From Octopus vulgaris (Eukaryota), in contig OX597821.1 in NCBI GenBank assembly GCA_951406725.2, forward strand, positions 32,984,001 to 33,048,000: a stretch of 64,000 nucleotides of DNA, given 5' to 3'. The position numbers and the translations under genes are program-made. Every line of letters starts with the position of its first letter. Position 1 is the stretch's first letter. Of this stretch, positions 53,493 through 64,000 are shown one piece after another. The notes below the pieces were generated by a model that made no database searches, was not told the DNA's origin, and was given only the letters and a program-made list of their open reading frames with translations.

Positions 53493-53715
53493 GGCGCGTA
53501 GCCTAGTCTTTAGAATATTGCACTCATGATCGTGGCTTCGATTCGCAGACCGGTGGTGCGTTGTATACTTGATCAAAACACTTCATTTCATCTAGATCCA
53601 GTCTTCTCCGTTATAAACGGGTAACCCTGTTTCCGTGTACGTACTGGCATTCCGTTCAGGAGGAACGTTGGCCTGATCGAAAGTTACAACAATGCGAGGA
53701 ACCACATTGTGACCA
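53493..53715 (+). mobile_element. Degenerate tRNA/CORE-type SINE
   Basis: ggcgcgtagcctagt...ttcgattcgcagaccgg...cttgatcaaaacacttcatttca. Confidence 0.55.
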
Positions 53716-53919
53716 GTGGTGTGTAGCAACATCCAATGGTATGGTCGATATAGTGTTCTAGATATAGATATGGGTCTATGCCATCCAGTGAATTCGTCAG
53801 TCAATATGTCGCCAGTCATTTTATCGTCAGCATAAAATGCGTTATGACATTACTGTGTAAAATTATTCTCTCTTTGTTAGCACTAAGATGTAATGAATGA
53901 CAGAAGTTCGAATGGAATG

Positions 53920-54305
53920 AAACAACGAAAAAAATGGTGAAACAACGAGAAAATGAGGAAACAACAAAAAAATGGCGAAAGAACGGAAAAAGGAGGAAAC
54001 AACGAGAAAATGAGGAAACAACGAAACAAAGGCGAAGCAACGAAAAAATGAGGAAAAAATGGCGAAACAACGAATAAATGAGGAAAAAATGGCGAAAGAA
54101 AGAAAAAATGAGGAAAAAATGGCGAAGCAACGAAAAAATGAGGAAAAAATGGCGAAACAACGAAAAAATGAGGAAAAAATGGCGAAAGAAAGAAAAAAAT
54201 GAGGAAAAAATGGCGAAAGAAAGAAAAAAATGAGGAAAAAATGGCGAAACAACGAAAAAATGAGGAAAAAATGGCGAAAGAAAGAAAAAATGAGGAAACA
54301 ACGAA
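53920..54305 (+). repeat. 30-bp purine-rich minisatellite
   Basis: aaaaaatgaggaaaaaatggcgaa(ac/gc/ag)aa(cg/ag), roughly a dozen units with degenerate edges. Confidence 0.92.
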
Positions 54306-55143
54306 AGTATTAACATAAAATCATTCCTTTAGTAAAAATTGCATTTTTTGTCGTTTTCTTGGTTTTTTGTTTTGTTTTTTTGTTTTTTGTTTTTCATTTT
54401 ACTAACCATGCCAAAAGGAAATATACGTAAATTAACACAACCAGAATATTGATGTAACATAAACAATACGTATTCGTATAAATAAATCAAGGTTTAGCAA
54501 TTCGAAGTATTTATTTTAAAATTTATCAAGATCACATGAAAACAATAACAACGTAAATCTAAAATCAATATTAAAAGAGAATGGGTTTTAAAATTTTAGA
54601 TTTTAAACTGCTTTCACTTTCAAGAAATAATTTTTTTAAGAATTGCAATTATCTTTCACATTCCTAATGCCCTCTTCATATTTCTGCAGCGCTTCTTTTT
54701 ACTGGTTTCGTCTTGATAGATTTTTCTTTTTTTTTTTTTTTTTTTTACAGTTTAGCACTTGTTAGGACTCGTAGTAGTAATCTACTTATCCTTCATGACG
54801 GAATTAAATGATTTCGATATCCGAGTTATTCTCATTGGTATCGCTCCTAGGGATCAAGAACCATCATCTTCGTTTATTTACATCACGTTATACAAAACCG
54901 ATTCAATTACGTGATGCACAATCGACACATCAAGAATTACTCGCAGCATCGATTTCATTCGACACTTATTTTCACTCGACCCAGTTAAGAAAAATTTCAA
55001 CGGAAACAAAAGCGAAAAAATTGTAATAACTGAAACTAAAATGAAATGGAATTTGAGTAAGCTGATAACATTCTGACTTGGATGACGAATTGATTTGGCA
55101 ACGGTGTGATCGACTACGAATTGATCGGATCGCTTTTGAATTC

Positions 55144-55720
55144 GTAACATGTAACCCATCACCGGGCTATTGGCGATTAAACCGGCAGTACCACCACGCC
55201 TGCTTGAGACGTAGGGTGAGGTTTTTGTATGCCCTGTTGGATTAATGGGATGGAAGCACTCCGTCGGTTACGACGATGAGGGTTCCGGTTGATCCGAATC
55301 AACGAAACAGCATGCTCGTGAAATTAACGTGTAAGTGGCTGAGCACTCCACAGACACGTGTACCCTTAACGTAGTTCTCGGGGATATTCAGCGTGACACA
55401 GAGAGTGACAAGGCCGGCCCTTTGAAATACAGGTACAACAGAAACAGGAAGTAAGAGTGAGAGAAATTTGTGGTGAAAGAGTACAGCAGGGATCGCCACC
55501 ATCCCCTGCCGGAGCCTTGTGGAGCTTTAGGTGTTTTCGCTCAGATGGATTAAAAACAAGACTCGTCAAAGGAGAAATAAAATTCGATGAGTCAATGGTC
55601 ATCCAGTTGCATGGTATACATAAATACATATGCATGCGCCGCGAGATCTTAGAAATTTCCAGTTTAGTACTCGAATGTGCATTTCTCTAAACCCGGAGAA
55701 GGCAACTAACCCGGAAGATG
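55144..55720 (+). mobile_element. Degenerate RTE-derived element split by a nested minus-strand SINE B with tail type 2 (55252-55543)
   Basis: gtaacatgtaaccc...ttaaaccggcag before the SINE and aaaacaagactcgtcaaagg...ggagaaggcaact after it match 24943-25490. Confidence 0.7.
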
Positions 55721-55744
55721 AACAACTTTATCGTTGATCTTTTA

Positions 55745-56145
55745 TCTTTTACTTGTATTGGTCATTAGACTGTGGCCATGCTGGAACACCGCTTTGAAGT
55801 ATTTTCAATCGAATGAATCGACTCCAGTACATTTTCTTTTTTTAAGTACTGCTACTTATTCTATCGTTCTCTCTTGCCGAATGGCTACGTTACGAGTACG
55901 TGGTGGCACTTTGTCGGTAACCACGACGAGGGTTCTAATTGATCCGATCAACGGAACAGCCTGCTTGTGAAATTAACGTGCAAGTGGCTGAGCACTCCAC
56001 AGACACGTGTACCCTTAACGTAGTTCTCGGGGAGATTCAGAGTGTCATAGAGTGTGACAACAGAAACAGAAAGAAAGAGTGAGGAAAAGCTGTGGTGAAA
56101 GAGTAGGGCAGGATTCGCCACAACTCACTGCCGGAGCTTGGTGGG
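55745..56145 (-). mobile_element. SINE A 3' fragment (55745-55890) and SINE B tail type 2 (55903-56145)
   Basis: gtggctgagcactccacagacacgtgtacccttaacgtagttctcgggga is shared with 55335-55384. Confidence 0.8.
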
Positions 56146-56149
56146 GCGT

Positions 56150-56850
56150 TCCCTATGAGTGGCCTTACGTGTAGTAGAGGTGATCATCACGTTAAAATGG
56201 GGAATCTTCGGGAAGCAGGTCCTAGAGAGAGTCCTCTGGCCACGTTTATTTGGCTTGTGTCCGTGTAGCGTGTTTGTAACGAACGCTGAGTATCCGTTGA
56301 TTCCAAGTATCTTGAGGAACCGTATGACCTGTGTATCCCAGATGGTGCAGTCACTGCATCTGTTGCGTATACGGGCGATCTCATTATGTATGTAGCCACT
56401 CTGAGTCCTGATGGAGTTGACCAAATTGTAATGGACGAAGAGGTTTCTGCAAGATGCTTTTCGGGTAGAACATCGTGTCGATTCTTTCCCCATCCATGAT
56501 GCTTAAACGGAAGTCAAGCCAGAAGAGGAAACTATCGTTGTTCGGGTGTTTGACGATGAAACCGATGTGCTGGTTCGTGTCATTGAAAGTTTCCAGTATT
56601 GCGGAAGAATTCTCATGAGGATGTCACCCACATACCTGATTAACAAGGCGCAATGTGACAGGTACTGAGTGCTCTGCGCTCCAGTTGGTCTAGGTAGGTA
56701 ATAGCAAGAAGGCCTGAGAGGCTGGATCCCATAGGCGTACCTGAATGCTGTTTGTGTATATTGCTGAAGAAATCAAAATGCAGGTGGACATCGGAGGGGA
56801 TAAATCCGAAACAGAGTAAGTCCGAGGAGGCGATGTATTCCACCATCAAG
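56150..56850 (-). pseudogene. Penelope-like RT fragment (second family)
   Basis: KQHSGTPMGSSLSGLLAITYLDQLE (PLE G.PMGS.LS motif), then decayed YV.DI, FLLDF and IARIRNRCS segments. Confidence 0.78.
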
Positions 56851-57011
56851 CATAAAGGGACAATATGGGGAAAAATTACAACCTTCTAAGTCAATAAACC
56901 ACTTTTCTTCCTGAAACTTGTTTTTTTATACATTCTGCGGATTGCTCGAAGCTTCCTAGCTTCCTACATCTTGATCCTTGCATCTTTTACATATTACTAT
57001 ATATATATGTA

Positions 57012-57111
<100 letters not shown>

Positions 57112-57158
57112 AATGACAGAGATAGAGTGATAGGTAATAATATGTCTATACATATATA

Positions 57159-57365
57159 CAGAGATGCAGCACGGATTTTTGTCAGTGAACAGGTCGCGGA
57201 TTTTAGCGACGAAAATATTTTGACAAATTAAACTTAAATGTTGAAGTGAATCGAACGGCTTTTGTGTGTTTCTTAAATGGCTTACAAACACCTTCCACGC
57301 TGCAATTGTTTTCGTTTCAGCACACGATCTCAGATCAAATTACTTGCTATGCGAGTACATCTCCG
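57159..57365. mobile_element. Small TA-flanked MITE (Tc1/mariner-type)
   Basis: ta-cagagatgcagc ... gagtacatctccg-ta imperfect TIR. Confidence 0.45.
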
Positions 57366-57563
57366 TAATATATATATATATTTGCATACATAAATGCATG
57401 TGTTTGTATGCATGAGTGTGTATGTATGTGCGTGTGCAAGTGTGTACAGAGAGGAAGAAAGTAAACAAAAACATAAACATGGAGAGAAACAAGTAAAAGA
57501 ATAAAAGAATATATATACATATATGTGTGTGTGTGTGTGTATATATATATATACGTATGTGTA

Positions 57564-57603
<40 letters not shown>

Positions 57604-57694
57604 TATATATACATATATATATATATACATATACACATACGTACACACACATATAGACATACACGTATGTCATTATCATTATATATGTGTGTGT

Positions 57695-57743
<49 letters not shown>

Positions 57744-58016
57744 TGCATGTTTGTTTTAGCGTTTCATTCTTTCTTCAAACTTACTTCTTAACTACTCACT
57801 GTTCCACTCACGTGCAATTAACTGTAGTTTGCTTATCTGAAATTGCTTACCTCCTATTTTTAATTGCTTCGTAAAAATCTATTTTGGCAGTTCACGAAAT
57901 AAGTCAATTTTCACCCAAACGCAGCAAATCTCTCTACAATGAAAATTCAAGAAAGTCTAATCAATAAAGCAGCACTAATCAGACGAACGATAGCAAGAAC
58001 AAGATGAACAATGGAA

Positions 58017-58685
<669 letters not shown>

Positions 58686-59044
58686 AACAAAACGAGAACC
58701 AATACTGCATTTTGAACGTCGGTTAACAAAAGAAAAAAAGAATGTCAGTGGCGATTGTTTAGTTACATAGCAGAGTGATTGTCAGCAAATTATTGTGCAA
58801 GATGCCAACAAATCTTTTGACTTGCATTCAAAATATAGAATCGTTCATGACCCACCCCCAGCCTACCATTACAATATTTGCAATGATTTTAATAAAAAGC
58901 TGAGTTTGCTTTTTTTGTCTTTCTGTCTAGAGATTGATATTCATTAAATTATCAAGTTGCTGTAGTAGTTGTTGTTATTGTTGTTGTTGCCGTTGTTGTT
59001 ACTGTTGTTATTATTATTACTATTATTATTATTATTATTATTAT

Positions 59045-59109
<65 letters not shown>

Positions 59110-59171
59110 TCATTATTATTAGTATTATTATTATCATCATCATTATTATTATTATTTTTATTATTATTATT

Positions 59172-59605
59172 GAGTGAGAGAGCAGTGCATGCCATCAAAG
59201 TGACACTGGGGTAAAATATACGAAGCCCAATATACCCATCATGACTACCCGTCTGATAAAGGTACACCAGGCACATGCATCACAACCATATGTGCGCGAC
59301 ATGGTGATCACATATCAAGATAAACAGCACATGACCTTGCAGGTGGGGCCCAGTTAGAATTTTCTTCAGGTTGAGTAGCCCATCCCGCTCAAACGGTCCC
59401 TGAATAAGGGTTGTTTAAGGATGTTGAAAAAACCACCCATGTTTCCAGAGGTGAATTATTCAAACCCCAAAGAATCCCTCTCAACACATGGCTATGATGC
59501 TCCCCCACTACTTCTGCTCGTGATCAGAGATGCACATATCGTCAGCCACTAAGGGACATGCTCAACTGGTTAAGGTCAAACAACTGACAAGCAAATCTGT
59601 GGTAT
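59172..59605 (-). mobile_element. Second copy of the (AAT)n-tailed non-coding retroposon
   Basis: Near-identical to 5907-6335; embedded in ATT tracts. Confidence 0.85.
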
Positions 59606-59779
59606 ATTATTATTATTATTATTATTATTATTGTTATTATTATTATTATTATGACTATTACTATTACTATTATTACTATTTTTATTATTATTATTTTGTA
59701 ATTATTATTATTATTGTTGTTGTTATTATTATTATTGTTGTTGTTGTTATTGTTGTTGTTATTGTTGTTGTTGTTATTG

Positions 59780-59838
<59 letters not shown>

Positions 59839-59916
59839 TCTATTACTATTACTATTATTATTATTTTTATTTTATTATTGTTGTTGTTGCTGTTATTATT
59901 ATTATTATTATTGTTG

Positions 59917-59988
<72 letters not shown>

Positions 59989-60370
59989 GTGCCAAAAATT
60001 GAAATCATTATTTTTATTTATATTATTATCATCATCATCATCATTATTATGATTATTACAGTTACTGTTGTTACTGTTGTTGTTGTTGATCTTGTTGTTG
60101 TTGTTGTTAATTGTTTATTTCTTGCTGTTACACAGTTCATTGTTGTCGGGATTTCTATCATTTAGTTACTGTTATTATTAACGTTTTTTTTTTCTATTCT
60201 TCATGAAATGTCATTATGATCACTTACTCATTTCATTGTTATAGAAATGTTTTATTTATAGGAATACACATTTGTTCTAATAGTATTTGATACTGTCATT
60301 GATGGAAACCAGCTCGTCTATCTATCTGTCTATCCTGACGTTAACGTTGGTGTTAGGACTATCTTTCCAT

Positions 60371-60790
60371 GTCTATTCGGTTTGAACGGCAGTTTTTAAC
60401 AATTTCTAGGTAACTAAAAAATTTTAAACTTCGTATACTGGTAGAATGTGTTTATAAAACATCTTTTTCTCTTGGCTTTATTGAGAAAATTCTATAGTTT
60501 GTAAGATATTTGTTGTTCTTTTTCTGCAATTTTTGCGATTTCAACCAATCAAATACGTCTATTGAGGTAAAAAGCATTCTGTGCCGTATGAATATGTCCC
60601 TCGCTTAAGAAACAGATTGGGTTTATTTACATTTGTAAAGAAAAAAAGATACCCTTCCCCCCACCCCTAACCCTAACCCTAACCCTAAAAGACATTGAAA
60701 TGCAATAGATCGATTCTAGGGTCATAATTATGGGTGACAATTTCATATGACACCGCTAGAAAAATAGTGCCGTTCAAACCGAAAAGATCC
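60371..60790 (-). mobile_element. Second copy of the telomeric-repeat MITE, opposite orientation
   Basis: ttcggtttgaacggcagtttt ... (ccctaa)4 ... gccgttcaaaccgaaaagatcc. Confidence 0.88.
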
Positions 60791-60925
60791 CTCTTTGCTG
60801 CTTGAAACACTCTCACCCTTTATCTAACAGTACTCTGTTGACTTACAAGGAAATGATGTAACACAGGGAATATAGAAAATGCATGAGTGTGTGTGTGAGG
60901 GGGTCAGGTCACTCATTGTGATAGA

Positions 60926-61110
60926 GGTAATAATATAATCCAGTACAGCCTGTCACTTGTTCGGGTCGTCGGTGACCAACACGGCAATCTACCAAGCCTG
61001 CTTGGTAAAAGAGGTTGGTTTTCGTCAGATAACCTGCATGACGAGCAACAAACCTGTCAAAGGATAGATAGCTCAGCAGAGCCAACAGTCATCCAACAGG
61101 AAAACCACTG
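60926..61110 (+). mobile_element. Degenerate 5' part of the RTE-derived element
   Basis: taatccagtacagcctgt...gggtcgtcggtgac...accaagcctgcttggt...aacaaacctgtcaaagg. Confidence 0.6.
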
Positions 61111-61212
61111 CTAGAAAGAAACATTGAAATGAGTCAATGTAGATGCAATGTGAGTCCTTTGTATGACTCTTGAGTCCAGCGAAAGTTTTGCACATTCTAT
61201 TATATATATATG

Positions 61213-61246
<34 letters not shown>

Positions 61247-61808
61247 TGTATGTATGTATGTATGTATGTATGTATCTATGTATGTACGTGTGCATGTATG
61301 TATGTATGTATGTATGTATGTATGTATGTATGTATGTATGTATGCATGTATATATGTATGTATGCATGCATGTATGTATGTATATGTGTACGTATGCATG
61401 CATATATATATGCATGCATGTATGTATGTATGTATGTATATATGTATGTATGCATATATGTATTTATGTATTTATGTATGTACGTATGTATGCATATATG
61501 TATGTATGCATGCATGTATGTATGTAGGCATGTATGTATGTATGTATGTATGTATGCTATATATCTTATTTGTGGATTAAGGCTATCAATGGCTTCATAT
61601 AGAGAACGCCTTTAACAATTGTCAAACCTACCACATTGAACATCGGTGTTCGTCTTCATTTTAGATTAACATGGTAGACTTAAATGACAAATAATCAATT
61701 TTTATTCACGAATGCAGTATTGAGCACTCATTGTTCGATATTTACGTGTGCGTGTGTGTATTATTCTTTATTCATATATATATATATATATTTACATATA
61801 CATATTTA

Positions 61809-61876
<68 letters not shown>

Positions 61877-61884
61877 GATATTTA

Positions 61885-61924
<40 letters not shown>

Positions 61925-61925
61925 C

Positions 61926-61975
<50 letters not shown>

Positions 61976-61978
<3 letters not shown>

Positions 61979-62075
61979 CAAATATTCTATAATTATAAAC
62001 ATAATTATAATTAGGGGTCAGCTATTTGCTTCACCATATAATTATAATTATTTTATAATTATGGAATATTTGTAT
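61976..62075. repeat. AT-rich inverted repeat (~37-bp arms, ~25-nt spacer)
   Basis: atacaaatattctataattataaacataattataatta / taattataattattttataattatggaatatttgtat. Confidence 0.8.
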
Positions 62076-62177
62076 AATTCTACCTATAAAGGTTATTTTA
62101 ACGTACGATCTACTTGATAAAATTATTAATTAATTGATTGATTAATTAATTAATTTAATTAATTAATTTTACACTTT

Positions 62178-62212
<35 letters not shown>

Positions 62213-62218
62213 GTATAT

Positions 62219-62276
<58 letters not shown>

Positions 62277-62313
62277 CATATATGTATGTATGTGTATCTA
62301 TCTTTATATCTTT

Positions 62314-62374
<61 letters not shown>

Positions 62375-62456
62375 CATTATATATATACACATATACATAT
62401 ACATATATATTCATACATATGTGTGTGTATGTGTATATAAATATATACATATTTAT

Positions 62457-62506
<50 letters not shown>

Positions 62507-62618
62507 TATATATATGTGCATATACTATATAGATATATGCACACACGCATACGGGGACAGACAGACAGACAGACAAGCTGGCAGACAAGCAGACAGGCAG
62601 GCAGGCAGATAGACAGAC

Positions 62619-62735
<117 letters not shown>

Positions 62736-63185
62736 TGCATGCTTGCGGATATATGTATGTTTGCATGCATGTATGCACATGTAATGTGTGAGAGAAATCA
62801 CAAAATGCAGGATTATGCAAATTTCCTTTCAAATAGCCAATTTAAGCAAAGATTTTAATACATATGCGGAACGAGAAACACGTATGTGTTAACTTAATAA
62901 AAAAGAATGCATAATTAAATCTCAAAGACGAAAATTGTTCCTACTGCAAGAATATTTTCTTAAAAGACATTTCGATTCAACTCAAATACGCTATGCTAAA
63001 TCGTGTATACCGTACAGTATTTGTAACTATTTTATCACCTTCTGTGTAAGTGTGTAAGTATGGATATATATATGTTTATGTCTGTATCTGTATGTTTGCA
63101 ATTGTATACGTTTTTATGTGTGAATTTGCATATATGAATATTAATATGTTTTTGTATGAGTGAGGTGAGAATGTGTTTGTATATT

Positions 63186-63271
<86 letters not shown>

Positions 63272-63412
63272 CGAGCGCGTACATATGTCCTTCAACATCT
63301 TTCGTTTAATATGAACATGAGTGTGTAAGTGCCCATATGCATATATGCATGAGCATGTATCCTAATTTGAATATATGTATCTTCGCGTGTCCAAAACAAT
63401 ATCTATGCATAT

Positions 63413-63837
63413 CAGGAGTGGCTGTGTGGTAAGTAGCTTGCTTACCAACCACATGGTTCCGGGTTCAGTTCCACTGCGTGGCATCTTGGGCAAGGGTCTT
63501 CTGCTATAGCCTCGGGCCGACCAAAGTCTTGTGAGTGGATTTGGTAGACGGAAACTGAAAGAAGCCTGTCGTATATGTGTATATATATATACATATGTAT
63601 GTGTGTGTATATGTTTGTGTATATGTTTGTGTCTGTGTTTGTCCCCCTAGCATTGCTTGACAACCGATGCTGGTGTGTTTACGTCCGTGTCACTTAGCGG
63701 TTCGGCAAAATAGACCGATAGAATAAGTACTAGGCTTTCAAAGAATAAGTCCCGGGGTCGATTTGCTCGACTAAAGGTGGTGCTCCAGCATGGCCGCAGT
63801 CAAATGACTGAAACAAGTAAAAGAATAAAAGAATAAA
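63413..63837 (+). mobile_element. SINE family A, full length
   Basis: Matches 3329-3720. Confidence 0.92.
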
Positions 63838-63892
63838 ATTATGCGTGTGTGTCTGCGTGTATGTGTGTATGTATGTGGATGATTATGTGCAT

Positions 63893-63957
<65 letters not shown>

Positions 63958-64000
63958 TGTGTGGCGTTAGACTGCGGCCATACTAGGGCCCGGCCTTGAA

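Noticed and set aside
53920-54305. CRISPR-like regular repeats
   Set aside because: The units are contiguous with no unique spacers, and the context is eukaryotic.
61640-61680. Possible decayed hammerhead on the minus strand
   Set aside because: Both core segments would need several changes.

Overview
AT-rich, microsatellite-saturated eukaryotic DNA with no recognisable host protein-coding gene. The SINE families, (TA)n/(ATT)n/(GATA)n tracts and TTAGGG repeats look like an octopod cephalopod (Octopus) intron or intergenic region; the organism is an inference. Almost all of the supplied ORFs are microsatellite or SINE artefacts. Real coding remnants all belong to transposons: a frameshifted Tx1/L1-type ORF1 with a CCHC knuckle and no ORF2 (407-1653), a 5'-truncated R4/Dong-type RT-RLE element in an (AAT)n tract (7198-9251), two Penelope-like (PLE) remnants, several CR1-type RT fragments and a mariner fragment. 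Non-coding elements include more than 30 SINE copies from at least 4 modular families, two non-autonomous Helitrons and several MITEs, one family of which carries telomeric repeats. The most notable signal is a dense set of hammerhead-ribozyme (HHR) motifs. These are an inverted/tandem ~490-nt repeat with two intact HHRs bearing a large structured loop II (2262-3220), a family of short mostly (TA)n-associated elements with a minimal HHR whose core is consistently CUGUNGA (A6U), and a C3U/G8A HHR at a PLE 3' end. All calls were made by eye; no database searches or folding computations were run.
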